Of a DNA stretch of 64,000 bases, positions 37,670-52,050 are shown in pieces. Source of the stretch: Nitrospirales bacterium. Its GTDB lineage: Bacteria > Nitrospirota > Nitrospiria > Nitrospirales > UBA8639. The first letter of the stretch is position 1. The number at the start of each line of letters is the position of its first letter. The notes below the pieces were generated by a model. That model was given only the letters and a program-made list of their open reading frames with translations, did not search any database and was not told the DNA's origin. Made by a program: the position numbers and the translations under genes. The DNA is taken from the NCBI GenBank assembly GCA_965203295.1, contig CBDBCZ010000016.1, forward strand, positions 448,001 to 512,000, given 5' to 3'.

Positions 37670-39859
37670 ATTTCACGCCACCATCCGTGCAACGCCGCGC
37701 CCTCCACGTGTTGTGCGCGCGCCGCTCGTATAGAAACGTGTATTCAGCTGTTATCAGTGTTATGGCAGATCAGAAGAAGCTACTAGCAATCTTTGCAACC
37801 ACAGACAATTCAAACTGCAACAGCAAGTGTTGTATCAATACCTTGTATGCATGTAGCTACACTGTGTTCAAACAGCTGTTTATACATGATAACATAAATG
37901 CTGGTAGATTCATAATTACTCTGTGTATGTAGAATACACCATCAACAGTCAATGGCTCTCATGATCATGCCATGGTCATATACTTGACAGAGTGGAAACC
38001 GATGTGGATACATGTAGGTGTTAGAGTAGAGTTGTCCCGCTAACTCCCGGGAGATATTTTGAGCATGTACATGTACTGTAACAACTAGAGTAAGTAAAGT
38101 ACATGTATGTACAGTGAAGTTCTTTACACCTACTGTTTTCATTTCCTGGGCTAATACCTTCACCATTATCTGCCTTACTTCAAATTAATTGTCGTCTTCT
38201 ACCATTGACCAACCTACTGGGATTGCATTTGTTGCTCCCTTTCAGAATACCTCTCCTCAAGTGAACTACACTCAGTATTTAGTAGTCAGGGGCCCAGCTG
38301 TGGACTCAATGGACTCAGACGAATGCTGACTGGAAGGAAATTTGGAACATATTTACTACGTTCATAGTTCTTACGTAGTACACTGAGTTTAAATTTTCTC
38401 CTTCTCATCAAGGTATGCTGTAGGCCACGCATATAATATAGGCATAGGTGTGCATTATAGGATGTGCATGCCTGGACTAGTATATACAGTGGAACCTCCC
38501 ATAACGGACCCTCCCACCAGCGGACAACCTCTCTATAAAGGACACCAGCTGTGGCACCAATTGGAATTACTATATAGGGCTAGTGTAGAAACCCCCCACG
38601 AGCGGACGCTTCTTGATTCCAGACAGAGGACAAACTGCACGCTCCCGACTGCAGAAGACAGCTGCAAACTAAAAAAAAACTTTGCCATCTTGCCTATGAC
38701 AAATATTGACTGCATTTAACTGGTAGCTACATGTGTATCGAAAGAATCCTACAAGAAAATGATTAAGCAGGAACTTGTGAGAGGCATGCATGTATTACCA
38801 AGGCACACCTCACAAGAGAAGCAGTACTCTTATTCATTCACAGCATGCAAAGCTTCAATACCTAGCCATGCCTATAGTAGCACAGTTTCTATTCTTAAAT
38901 GTCAGTGTGAAGCATACAACTGTCCCACAAAAATTGTCTAAAAGAAGCACCACTAACAGACAAATATTGTATACACACCTTATACCACAAGCAAGATTAA
39001 ACTTTTATACCCAGCATGCAAAACTTCATTACTTTGACAAACTAAATCTGAAATTTCAGTCCTAAGAAGTGTCATGGTATAAGAGAAACTGTCCCACAAA
39101 ACATTCGGGATGAGAAAATGGTTGCTATGGAACAAAAAATATGCCGTTTTTTGCACCCAAAATTTACAATATTATTCTAGTAAGCAGAAATATACCTCTC
39201 TTAGGCTGTGCAGTATTGATAGGATGCATAAAATCTTCAAAGTGTCGCTTCAGAACTATCTGTGGGCCGCTTCTGCATCTATCTCTCGTTCCAGGCGGCG
39301 TACCATAGAGCGCTGCACGGATGGGCACCGCCAAAATGTACAGGATTAATGCGCTCACGTGATTCCGTTTCCAATCCCGGTACGTGGTAGGTTATTAATC
39401 TATGACTAAACAATCGAACGTCGTACAGCGAAAGTGCTGACTCGGCAGTTTCGTCGTGCACTTCCAGTTAGCAGCTATGCGCTACGCAAAACAGGATCTT
39501 ACGGCTGTCTACCAGGTTTTCGCCATCTAGGCAACACGCAACTACCTTCACTTGCTGTAGCTTGGCCTGCAAACCTCCAAAAGCAGCTATACACGGCAGT
39601 TGCATAGTAACGTATGACGCAATACATTGCGCACGTGATAAGTGCGGACGCACAGACAAACAAACAGACAACAAACAAACGCGGAAAACGTAAAGCTATC
39701 CTAGGATCTAGGACCAGCCGTTCGCGCGCTGCGCGCGCTCCGGCTGGTAGTAAAAACTTGCAAGATAGTAACCTCCTCTACAGCTCTACACGCAGTTGGT
39801 CCGACATTATGAATGCTTGTTCTAAATAAAAAGGAGGGATCCACAAAAGCAATCTCACA

Positions 39860-40134
39860 GAATAGTTGGTGTCTTACGTCCTCATGTGCTGCACATTCTA
39901 GTAGGAAATGCAGTTCCGCTTCCAGTTTTACATATTTGGTATACCCTACTCATTCGGGAAGTAGCTATTCAGTCTGTGCCTACCTAGTTCAATCTCAAGG
40001 CTGTGTTTTGTGGTTCTGATCATGAGTTTCGCAAACACAGTTCTGTGAAATGGATTGGCAATATGGCTGAGATACTTGCTCATTGTCAATTCTGTTTTGT
40101 AGCTGGCAAAGGAATCAAGTTTGGGCATGCACAT
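39860..40134 (-). pseudogene. 3' fragment of a non-LTR retrotransposon ORF2
   Basis: KLDSFASYK...KYL...R.VFAKL...HSLEIELGRH, then frameshifted QICKLEAELHFLLECAAHEDVR, a typical LINE C-terminal Cys/His tail. Confidence 0.7.
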
Positions 40135-40347
40135 GTGTACCAGAATTCGGTTAGATAACGACTACTAATTTTAACGTCACTATATATGGAGATTGAGGAC
40201 AGACATAAAGCTAGTAGTTTTGCCACGGCGTGAAAATCATCCATTACATGACATTGTTGGTGTGATAGTCGTCGGAGAACTAATTCAATTTATACAGAAA
40301 TTTCTTCTTACATCAACAATTATTTTCCTGTAAGTATGGCCGCTGAT

Positions 40348-40450
40348 CAGTCTCGCGGGCCAGACTAACTTTTCGCCGTGGGAAAAGTATACTTTTTAAA
40401 GTTACTTTTCCCACGGAGGCGGCGAAAAGTTAGTCTGGCCCGCGAGACTA
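40348..40450. mobile_element. Palindromic mini-MITE (9-bp TSD)
   Basis: TIR AGTCTCGCGGGCCAGACTAACTTTTCGCC; perfect TSD GCCGCTGAT. Confidence 0.88.
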
Positions 40451-40949
40451 GCCGCTGATATCCATTGTCAAGAGACACTGTAGATATTACAAAATACTAT
40501 TACTACATAATACATGTTCATATAACCTGCATGCATATTGAGAGCAGTGTAAATGTACATTACATTGCACTGAAATGAAATTGTGACAAGTAACAACTTA
40601 AACCATTGTTACATAATTATACTGAAGAGATAAAAACATGTTATATAAAATTTGACACACAAAGTACATAAGAGGAACAATAAAGTATACGTATGCATAG
40701 AAAATTGAAACGTACATGTACGTGTACAATAAAACTTTATGAACTTTAATGACAAGGTGATGGCACTTATTGCATTGTATACATGTCATGACACTATAGA
40801 CTTGTATAATACACCTTGTTGTAACTTTAAGCATTTGCATTTCTTGCCCCAAAAAAAGAAACAGACCATAATATCAACCACTATATACACAATGTCACGC
40901 ACTTCATTTCTAGGAATAAATGTAGCAAGCCCAGCCGACAGAGCCAAAG

Positions 40950-43203
40950 CTAAGTTTTACAGTGACTCTCTAGAGGATTTCTTCCAGCAAAGACACTGAA
41001 GTTGTCCAGCTCTTTGCGCAGGCACTGATAGCTTCCCTCACTGCAATCCCTCCAAAGTTGAAAAACACGAACGAGTTCATGAGTGGGACCTGGTGGGGCC
41101 CGGCTAATGCGTTCATGTAGCATAGTTGTGTGCGGGCTGTTGAACAACTGGGCAAATTTGTCTTTACTCCGATATGCACGATCAGCGAGGCGGTACAAGA
41201 AATCATCACTCACTAACTCTTTACTCTGAGGACACTGCTCATCAAAAAGTTTGCAAAGGATTTCTTCACCGAGATCAGAATACGGCTCAAAATAGAGGAG
41301 TTCTTCAAGATCCACAGGTGCTCCCACTGTATCCACTACACAAGGCTCAGTGGCCACAATGGCCTTAGCAAGTTGAAAATAGCCAACCAGGTTTAGTTCT
41401 GATATGGGCTTCAGTGGATATTGGATGGTGTCAGTGGGATTGATAAACAATTCTGAGATAAGTACTTTGGGACAGAATTCTTCTTTGGCACTACGGATTT
41501 TTTGGATGATAGTTGATCGAATACGAGTACACGCCACTTCCCTACCCTTCAAGCAGCGTAGTATCACATTGACTCTCCTTTGTGCTACGACTTCTACTAG
41601 CGCCTCAACTCCAGATGTACCAGCCCAACTTATCCCATTCTTCCACACCGTGCACTTCCTCTGCAATGTCGGGAGGTCACTGCTAGGCATTTCAACATCA
41701 GTAGTGAGAGCAAATGAAAAGGCAAGTCGAAGAATGAGGACTTGGAGGAACCGAGGCATGAAGAACTGCTCAGCCTGGGAACTCTGCAGGATCCAGCCAC
41801 TGTAGTAGCTAAACTTTGAGCGGGCCTGCCACACACTGTCAGGTGCAGCAATGCTCACAAGTGCTGGGAAAAACAAGAACCTCTCCTGCACTTCCTGAGA
41901 AGACTCACTGGTACCTAGAAGCTGAAGAACTTCTTTGTCACTTACCTCTTGGCAGAACTCGAGGTGGGACAGAAAATGCGCAAGCATGTCGACATCTAGG
42001 TCAGAAAAGAAGCTCTTGAGCTGCGATAGTGGTACGACTCCAGTACTGTTGGCAATGCTGTGATGCTCTTTGAAGCCCTCTGGGGCAAAGACAGTGCCAG
42101 TGACTCGAGAGAGGAGTAGATCCTGGTCTAGGACTATCCAACTTTCCTCTGGCTTGTTCGGACTTCTCAGAAAAAGAATGTTTCCTCTCTCGTTTAGATC
42201 GATACAGAGCTTATGCAAGGTGTGGAAGTCATTAGGGATGAAACCTAACACTGTCCTATCAGCAGAAGCAGTAGGCAATTCAGCTGAGTGTATTTGTATT
42301 CTATCCGCAGCTTCTTTGATCTGGAGAGCAGGAGTGTCTCGGAAGCGGTCATGAAGGTACAGAAGGAAGCAGTGGCAGTTGAAGCTGAGCTCTGCACCAT
42401 TTTTCAGGGATTCACAGCTTTTGGCTATGCACTGACGAAGTTCTGAAAGAGCTGACGATTCGGAATAGCAACAATTGATGGGGAAGAATCCAGTAAAAAG
42501 AAGACTCGCGAAAGCAGACGTTTTTACCAGAGAATAAACTACGTTGTTCTTGAGAGATATTTCAGCTTTAGACTTCACTTGATCAGCATGGGAGCCCACA
42601 ACAATTACGTGTGGCTTTGCATCAACTGATAGGAGCTGGTTGTCGATAAAAGAAGACCAGAAGAGGATGGACTGCTTGAACTCTTCTTCATCCTTTCGAA
42701 GGTCAGCAAGAAGGAGGAAGAGGGCAGCAGAGGAACCAGTTATGGTGTTCTGCAACATTGCAGCATGGCTGCCATAAAACTCCTTGTGGCCGGCAAAATC
42801 ATAAATGGTGATACGACCGAATTGCTGACTCTCAAAGTTGTGGGGGATAATTCCAGCCGTCTTTTGATCTATTCCAGAGACCTTTACAAAATAACTGAAA
42901 ATACGAGAAAGGCCTCCACTTTCGTTTTCCAGAGCTTTCACCAGTGTCGATTTGCCTGCCTCGGGATCTCCGACTACAAATGTTTTGACAATAGACTTCG
43001 TTGGCTGTTTCTGGTAAGTGGGAGCAAGCATACTTCCATAATGTACGTATACATCCTTCACACTAGCTCCGTAGGAAATGAGCTGTCGAATGATATCCAC
43101 GTTTTTGGTCAGGCCAAGAGCAGATTTGCCATCTTCAGTGACGGCATTTACATTGCAGTGCATCTCACTCAGTAGGTAATGGACAACATCTTTACGATTT
43201 TGC
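40950..43203 (-). CDS. Terminal exon of an ankyrin-ROC-COR(-death-like) ROCO protein (DAPK-like ROC-COR)
   Basis: TGTGTAG| phase-2 acceptor; last ankyrin repeats; P-loop GDPEAGKST, TAGI, YDFAGH, VGSHAD; COR motifs WIVLD, FFPALV, CTVWKNGI; C-terminal VFQLWRD..SYQCLRKELD helix pattern. Intact frame of about 750 codons. Confidence 0.9.
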
Positions 43204-46200
43204 CTACACAGAATGCATAAGAAATTAAAATCACTACACGGCAGAGAATACATGCTTTGGATACTATTTTTAGTAGATGTGACTACAGCAGACATTTCCT
43301 AAGGAGAGCTTCACCATAGAAACATTTTAAAGGGCCAGTACTTCCACTATGGCTAGTCATGTATAACTATGTTCAGTCACTCAGTATCTAGCTACTTCTG
43401 CATGCAATTGGGAGGAGCCGCAGCTCAACTACTAGCCTTGAACCAGATATTCTCCTCACACAGATGCAATAATCCCCACTTTTACCAAATTAATAATTGC
43501 ACAACATGACATTGTACAGTTAACATTCAGCCAGCAATGTAATTTATGACCTGAAAGAACAGAACGTGGAATGTAGATTGGGTACAGCTGTATCAATGCA
43601 CCAGAAATTGAGTTTTTTTTATTTATAGCCTCTGAACACAACCTAACTTGGCATTCCAGCTCTGTTAGTGGACTAAAACTGTTACAGAAGGTGTGATATA
43701 ACATTGACAAGAGTGGTCATACAAAACTACCGTAAGAGATTTGTAGGACCGGCCAGGTGTGCAATTTGCATGTGCGAAATGAAGTCTCTAATGAAATCTG
43801 CAGCATATCTGAGTCCACACAACATCACTCTGAGACAGCACCATGCATGAGAAATATGTGGCCACAAGTGAGCACTACTCTATTTCAAGTAGGTGCTGTA
43901 TGATTCATCATATTGCACAGCACACAGCTTACAGTGTAAACAGTCTTATAACCGGGATGTAGCTCGTATATTGTGATACTACTGGTGACCTGCACTTTAA
44001 TAGTATTTGTCACCACATAAACTGTAATAGCAGGTGTGACTGCCTGACGTGATTACTGAGCCTTCTTAAAACTATGTTTTCCATCTCTACAGTATGTAAA
44101 CTGTGCATTCTTTGTCGGGTACACTTGCCTGGATCTGTGCAGTGAAATAAAAGAATACCTCTTATTGATATGGGTATACTCCTACCATTGTATAAGTATA
44201 TGATTCTACACAATGTAGTTCAGCACTGGAGTACCAACACAACCAGTTGAAACAATCAGCCGAGCTAATTAAATCAGCAAAAATGATGAATACACAGCTT
44301 TACGTATGTGAGGCCATGCAGGTGAGAGGATTACACAAGTGATGGTTGTGGGACATTCCAATATTAAAACCCAGGTACAACAGCTACATACGAACAATTT
44401 CACATTAATTAACTCATGCTCCACCGAAGGCCAGCTCCTTTCCTGGGTGAGGGATGCGACTGATGTGCATGGAGGCATCCACGTTGATGACATTAGCCTC
44501 ATTCCCAGTCTATCCCACCTTAGCTTTTATCTCACAGTCATGGAAACAAGTGAGGGGAAGACCTGGTACCGATTACTACATGCTATCATGGAGTACTACC
44601 TATCATGGAGTATGGTAGTACTCCACATGTAGGGATGGCACGGGAAAAAAATGGCGGCCCCATATAACGCGTACAAAATCATACGCTCAGAACTCGGCTC
44701 TGGTTATAGTCATAGGCTTTTATGAGCCATACCATGACATCTCGAGTGTTTTCATCAGCAACAAGGCTGTTAGCGGTGCTAGAAAGCTTCGCTGGAGTAC
44801 CAGACCGGCAAGTCGCTACACTCAGGGGGCGGGGCGTATTGGTACATCTTCTTCTTTGTTTTTTCAGCCAGGCTAGCACAATAATGGCTGAAGCTATCAC
44901 AATGATTCAAGCGCGAACAAGCTAGATATTCCCCGGGGTATTGCACTCGTAGCATAACGCTTTCAAAGAAACCGAACAGGTTCAGCAGTGATTCACGAGT
45001 ACTCTCGAGGTGATGCTTGCCGTTTTGCGCCATTTAATTACTACTGTTCTGTTCCGTTCGGTTTCGGAATTTAGTAACCGCCCCTTTCGCGTGTTCGTCT
45101 GCTTAACACCTACCTTTGATCGTGCCAGCTGCTGTCGCATCAAGTAATACCAGGCTGTCCGGGCCTGAGCTGCATCTCCTGGTTCATCCCTTTGTAAATC
45201 ACCCGAAAATTTAGCTACAATACACTTACTCACATGGCTGATAGTATTATTTTAGAAGTAGGGTAGAAAACGGTGCATGGAATTGTCAAGACATACACAA
45301 GGAAAACAGTAGCTCACAATACATAACAAGGGCAGACAGAAAGGCTCACTGAACGAAATAAATTTGCTGTTAAATACGAGCACAGGCAGAAAAGCCTTGG
45401 TGTCCGGACAACCCCTACCGTCCGGACACCCCCTCACTTACTCTACTGGAGGGGACAGGCAGCTATTTGTCTTTGTGACACTAGAAACTGCAATACATAT
45501 CATTGTCCTTGGTGATAATTTGCAGTTCAACATCATGGAGTACGGTACTACTCCATATGTAGGGATGGCCCTGGCCTCCCCATTAAAATGACATGTTTAG
45601 TACTCTGCTGTAGGTGTAGTCTAGGATAGGAAGCCTATGTACCACTTATTTTCGAGCGTTGTCGTCACTAACCAGGCTGTTAACACTGCTAAAGAACATC
45701 TCAGAAGTACCAAAGCGGCAAGAGGTTAAAACCGCCGAATGGTCTATCTTCATCTTAGTCAGATAATCCTTACTTCAGTCAAACTAGCACAATAATGAGT
45801 GAAGCGATTAAAAAGATTCCAATACGAACGGGCATGATTGACCCTCGGGTAGTGCCTTTCGAGCATGATGATAGCGTTTTCAAAGAACTCGAATCAGTTT
45901 AGCAGTGATAAGGAGCACTCTCGAGTGGACACTTGCCACTTACAGGCTGTTTTATGGTAAGGTGGACTGCCTGCCAGCACGTGTTGGTCTATTTAAAGCC
46001 TACCTTCGATCGTGCATGAAAGCAAGGTTTATACATTTATGAAGAAGAGGGCCCAGAATAAACAATGTACATTGAAAACCGACAAAGTATAAAAGCAGCT
46101 GCTAGAGCAACTTCCTGCGCTAGGAGTAGTGTTGACCCGACAAGAAATGGGCAGCCTCACGTGCCAGTTACATAGCTGACCTTGACAAGAGACCTCCCCC

Positions 46201-47112
46201 CCCCTCCCCTCCTCCCATGCACATGCAGGCGAAGGACTTCCTGATGCTGACTGGAGTACAAATCGAAACCTATACTACACAATCCTCAAACACATTCCAT
46301 TCCAATGCCATCAACAGCACACATTTACATCTACACATTTGCTACCACTTCCCAAAAAAAACGCCCAAAACAAGTTACAGAAAAAGCACTTTGCCAAAAA
46401 GTGCAAAAACAAGTCATGTAGGGATGGACTTTCACCAAAAAACAGTTCCCCAAAAACCAATGAAACAAGTAACAATGCACATCGCAATGCGTGCACAGAC
46501 AATCCACCCATCACATGCAGCGCAATGCATTTATTGCGTAGCTACCATCCTTACATCTTTCCAACTTTAATATATTTACATGTAGAATAGACTTATATAC
46601 CCACACAATGGTGTTTATATGCTTCCGCACTAATTGCATGCTTTCAAAAAAAATGCAAGTACATGTATGTATAGCATGTACTGATGCAGCTATACATACA
46701 TGTACTTGCATTTTTTTTGCATGCATGCAATTAGTCTAAGTAGCTATATCTGCATCAGTACATGCTATAATAGCATGTACTGATGCAGCTATAGCTATTT
46801 ACACTTACAGTTTCAGTCTTATATCAAAGGCAAGGATTGAAATCACTACATCATTGTAAGCTTGTACTCTCCACAGTTAAAAGGACCATTCTAGAATGCC
46901 TGATGGCAGGTGAGAGCCATGATGGTAAGAGATGTTCCTACCAGTCATTTAGCTGCAATAAGCTGCTGGGACTGTCCGGGCTTATCGTTGCATGAAGGAT
47001 TGTCTGTCTCAGTCTACAGCCCTCAATTGTGCCGTGTTAGTAATTCTGTGCTTAACAGATCTCATTTTTCAATTGGCACATCGACATACACGTACAGTTA
47101 CATGGACATATA

Positions 47113-47590
47113 CGGTATAGCCAGAAAATTTGGCGAGGACTTTAATTTGGTGGTTTGGCGAACCGTAAAAAATCGCCAAATTAAATTCTCGCCAAATTAA
47201 ATTCTCACGCATTATGTAATATGTAACACCCACGTGCGCATTCAGCTACAAGAAAAAAGTTGTTGTTCCCACTCCACGTACGTGTTTTCTCTCTGTCCAG
47301 GAAGGATATCGAACTCGTGAACAAAGCTGTAAAGTGCTCTTTATCTGGAGACTTGAAGCCTGTCACACGGTCACCTCGAGGTAAGTATAACACATGCAAG
47401 AAAGGGCACAAATTGGAAAGCATGCCGCTGACAACGGAGCGACAAAGGCCGCTACACACTTCTCGAAGCTTCTGGATAGTAAGATCGGTGAATCCAACAT
47501 CTCCATTGTCGAGCTCACTGACAAAAACTTTACAAGTTCAGCAGCGTTGCATGCTGTGTGCGTGATACGTCAATATAAATTGCCGAAATT
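47113..47590 (+). mobile_element. pogo-like element remnant with an N-terminal DNA-binding fragment
   Basis: SPRGKYNT/QERAQIGKHAADNGATKAATHFSKLLDSKIGES; terminus with TTTGGCG/CGCCAAA repeats. Related MITE at about 54446-54962. Confidence 0.6.
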
Positions 47591-47619
47591 AATTGAAGAT
47601 TACGTCATATGTAGGGATG

Positions 47620-48254
47620 GATTTCCACAAAAATAAAACAAACAAGTCACAAATCACAACACATTATATTTACAGAGTACTACAAACTACAGCGCAATGC
47701 ATATATGGAGCTAAACCATATCCCTAAATCTTTCTAACCAAGGATGGTCTCTGTAAATGCACTGCACTGTGATTTGTAGCTACTCGCATTGCATTGTATT
47801 TGTAGCTTGTTTGGTTTGTTTATTAATTATACTGACAGTGCTTACATGCAAGCCAAGTGCAGTGGTGTCCGTCCTCTCCCATCAGCACAGTCTGGATTGG
47901 CCTTGTACTCATACAATATCTTCATCGACTCAAGATGACCTTCCCTACATGAGAGAAGAAGTGCTAACATTTGACATACACAGTACAGTTCAGCACTGGA
48001 GGACTAACACCACCAGTTAAAACAACCAACCCAGCTAATTACATTAACAAGCACTGCTGAATATTTCATTTAATTTATTGTCAATACTCAATGCTTGTAT
48101 ATACTTTCAAACTTCCAGACCATGTACATAGCCTCATTCCCAGGCTCCACCCCCATTTTTTTATCGCGTGGAAACGAGGTTACATGTTACAGTACATGTG
48201 AGAGGATTACTCAAGTATCATACTCTCAGGACTATAGTGGCCCATCAATCACAG
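47620..48254 (+). repeat. Intronic duplicated unit (paralogs about 51530-52050 and 59530-60300)
   Basis: Colinear high identity. A second family lies at about 50636-51530 and 53528-54454. Confidence 0.85.
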
Positions 48255-48256
48255 TA

Positions 48257-49502
48257 CCGTAAACAACCACCCCCTTAAAGGTAACCACCCCTCTGCAATA
48301 ACAGTTTACTCGTGTGTAAAACCTTCTAATAGTATGCAAATATAATCGCCCATAATTTTCATGTGCAGCCCAGGCAGGGAAGTGAATCTGCAAAATTAAT
48401 AGCGTTTGCGTGTGAATGTCTAGCAAGCAGAGTAGCTAATATGTAGAACATGACCGTATAGAATAGCGATGAGAATCAGACTATGAAAACCAAGAAGTCG
48501 GCGTTATTCAAAATTTGAGTGAACCCTAGCTACAGTTAGCGGAGGGTTCTGAGAGCGAGACTAGGCTACGGTACCTATGGAGCTCGTTCAACTTGCCTGC
48601 CTGAAGGCTTCCTGTTTCAAGGGACACCACAACTACCGGGCTGATCTCAATGTAGGGGGTGTTTCTGTAAATCTGCCACGCTACTAACGATTGTTTCGCA
48701 AAATAACCGATCTGTGATTATACCCGCCCGGGCACACATGTAAAAGTAACTGCCCATTGAGGCTAAATATAACCACCCCCGGTTATTTATGGGTAATTCC
48801 AAATCAATTCGGCAAAAGTTTGGACGCGACCGACTCAGAGTTTTTTGTTATTGTGCAAAATGAATTGCATCACCTCGAAGCATGAAAAATGGGCTTTCAT
48901 GTGGTATGTTGTATGGCTTCATCCGATTAAGTTGCCGAGTTGCATACTTTCTTAAACATTGACCTTTGACCTCTGAAAAAAGGGCTGCTTGTAATTTTCT
49001 AATAATTTCTGAGGATAGTTGCTAATCTATGAACTACAGTCTGTAGAAGTTTTATGTTGGGGCTCCACTGGGATTGGGAGATATGTGCTCCTTCAGAGGG
49101 GTATGTAGGCTAATTAGGGCTAATTCACTACACTATTACACACCATAATATATTTTTTGTGGATATAACTTTGAAAATACCAAAGTTAAGTAACAAATTA
49201 CAGATACACAGCAGACCAAACAAGAAAAATATAACAAAAAGGAGTTAGTTAGGTCGTTTTTACTCTTGTAACAAAACACGAAGCTTCTGAGAGGCGGAAG
49301 TAGTTTCTTTCTTTGTCAAAGTGTACACTCGGCCAGTTCTTGTTCTCGGATCAACGAGAGGTAAAATGTCACTTATCAGTACAGTACGTATATCTTGGGT
49401 TTGTGGGTACTTAAAGGAACTGGATAGACCGTCCAATTCTGAGTTGGTCGCGTCCAAATTTTTGCTGAATTGATTTGGAATTACCCTTATCAGAGTTTAC
49501 CG
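48257..49502. mobile_element. TA-type MITE containing a nested element
   Basis: TA|CCGTAAAC ... GTTTACCG|TA; the paralogous site near 60165 is empty. Confidence 0.65.
48791..49486 (-). mobile_element. Sola-like deletion derivative (4-bp TSD)
   Basis: About 50-bp TIR GGGTAATTCCAAATCAATTC; TSD TTAT; residual coding SFKYPQTQDI...VDPRTRTGRVYTL. Confidence 0.75.
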
Positions 49503-52050
49503 TAATTATATTTTCTAATAATTTCTGAGGATAGTTGCTAATCTATGAACTACAGTCTGTAGAAGTTTTATGTTGGTTATCGAACTTGAAGGGAAGGCAA
49601 CAGGATATTGATGCTATTGATTGTGATACTGTATTGTACGCTGTTCATATTTTGCCACTAGTATCGAGACTAAGTGTTCTCCGTCTTCAAATGCTGCATG
49701 GTGGGTGTGGCTGTGTACACTCGCATGTGTGTGACAGTGCGTGCGCATGGTGGGTACTACAGGGCTAGCCCAAAAACAGTGACAATCTGTCAGTATGTAC
49801 GCAGTTGCACATGGCTGAGTTTGTATAGTTCATAGAGTGTCCCAGAGTTACGGCATGCTACTATCTATATTATGCTGCATGGTGGGTGTGGCTATTAAGC
49901 ACGCTGTACACTCGCATGCGTGTGACGTGCATGCATGCGCACGGTTGGATATTGTGTAGTAGCACATGGCTGAGAAAAAGTAGATTCTAAGTAGCTGATG
50001 CATGTTTATGCATACAGGTAAGTCTCCCCGCTATATCCTGACATTTCACCCACATGCATGTATGCACTCGGACGCGTGTGACAGTGCGTGCGCATGGTGG
50101 GTGTGGCTACATGGTGTAGTTTAACAAAGACTGAGATTCATTGTAATGGTAGATTTTACGTAGCTGATGCATTTTTATACTCAAAAGTTGGCTGCTGGGC
50201 TAGCTATACTGCGAGACAACAATAAGAGCTGATAATCTCAACAGTGAACCATCCCACGTGCGGTTTGCCACTCCATTTAACGATCGCTAGTTTCAGGAGA
50301 CAGCTGCAGAACACAGATTGAGAAATAGCATCTTCAAAAACAACATTGAATGTACAATATTATTAAAACTTACCAACGCTTCAGTCAATCGACAATTTTC
50401 TCTCGAACGCGAAAAAAGACGGCACGTTTCATTACACGTACATGCAGAGAACGCGCAACGTTCTTACATCATACATCCCGTTCGTAAAAACTGTACGGAA
50501 GCGGTACGGAAACGGAACGGCCGTTGCGTTGACAAACCGTTTGTGAGGCGTTGCTTGCAAAACGGTATACTGTTGAACGGCCGTTGCACAGAAACGGAAC
50601 GGGAACTTTTTTATGACGCCTACTGTAGACGCAGGTAGTTTAGCAATTACACATTGACTCTGATCCTCCCTTGAAGGTCAGTTCTTTCCCTCAGTGAGGG
50701 AATGTGACTGATGCTCATGGAAGCATGGCATGTTAATGATCTTAGCCCAGTTCACAATACTTCCCAACCCAGCGTTTATATTGCAGTCATGGATAAAAGT
50801 GAGGAAGAAGGCCTGGTACTAATTACATGTGCCATGACATATTTGCATATTTGCATGTAAGATAGACTTATATGCCCACGCAACATTGGTTGTGTGCTCA
50901 CGCACTAGTTGCATGCAACTAAGTACATGTACATAGCCAGTATTGATACAGCTAGCTATTTTGGTTTACAGTTTCATGGAAGGCAAGGATGCAAATTCAC
51001 TACATGACTGTAAGCTTGTACTGTCCGCAGCTGAAAGGACCGTTCTAGAATGCCTGATGGTGGGTGGGAGGCCATGTTGGTACGAAATGGTCCTCTGTCA
51101 TTAGCTGCCTGAAGGATCGTCAACCTCAATCAACATGCCGCCCTCGAGAGCACCTTTTCATACATTCTATGCCATTTTTCATTTAGCGTGTTAGCATATA
51201 TTAAGTCTACCCTCCACATAATGAAATGTCACAGCACGTGATACTGCCATAGTACCAGGCCTTCCCCATCGCTTTCACACCCAACTATGAAATAAAAGCT
51301 GAGGTATGAAGGACTGGGAAGACTAATAGTGGTTACATTCGGCCACAGGTGGGGAAACCCCCACCTCAAATAAAACCAGCAAAATAATTGTGCACACATT
51401 CCAGATTGTACAGAGTGTCAACACTGTTACACACCTATATTCCAGGAACTATGGCAGAGGCATATATACTCAAAAGTAGAGAAGCATACAATTTCTATTT
51501 ACAATTTTGATTATCACTTAACGTATAGGAATATTGGTTTGTAATAATAACAGTGCTTACCTGCAAGCCCAGTGCAGTGGTGTCTGTCCCCACTCATCAG
51601 CACAGTCTGGATTGGCCTTGTACTCGCACAATATCTTCATCATCTCACCCTCCCTACATGAGAGAAGAAGTGCTAACATCAGACCTACACACTACAGTTC
51701 AGCACCATTACACCAACACCACCAGTTAAAACAACCAACCCAGCTAATTACATTAACAAACAAACTTCCAGACCATGTACAGAGCGTTGTTCCCAAGCTC
51801 CACCCCCATTTCTTTATCGCGTGGGAACAAGGTTATATGTTACAGTACATGTGAGAGGATTACTCAAATACCATACTCTCAGGACTATAGTGGCCAATCA
51901 ATCATAATAACTATAATTTACCTATTGTGATAAGGACTGGAGCACTAACACCACTAGCTAAAACAGTCACCACAGCTAATTACACTAACAAAAAAATATT
52001 TGAATTTGTAATTTACTGACTACTCAAAGCTTGTACGTAACTTTCAAAAC

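Larger units (their letters stand above)
30812..39404. mobile_element. P-like non-autonomous TIR element hosting the Ngaro insertion
   Basis: Termini CATAGAT..CCGGGATTGGAAACG / CGTTTCCAATCCCGG..ATCTATG; 7-bp TSD ACTAAAC at 30805-30811 and 39405-39411. Confidence 0.75.

Noticed and set aside
43204..43295. ORF-track N-terminus MSAVVTSTK... of the 781-aa ORF
   Set aside because: Lies upstream of a clear acceptor at 43204 and is most likely intron read-through.
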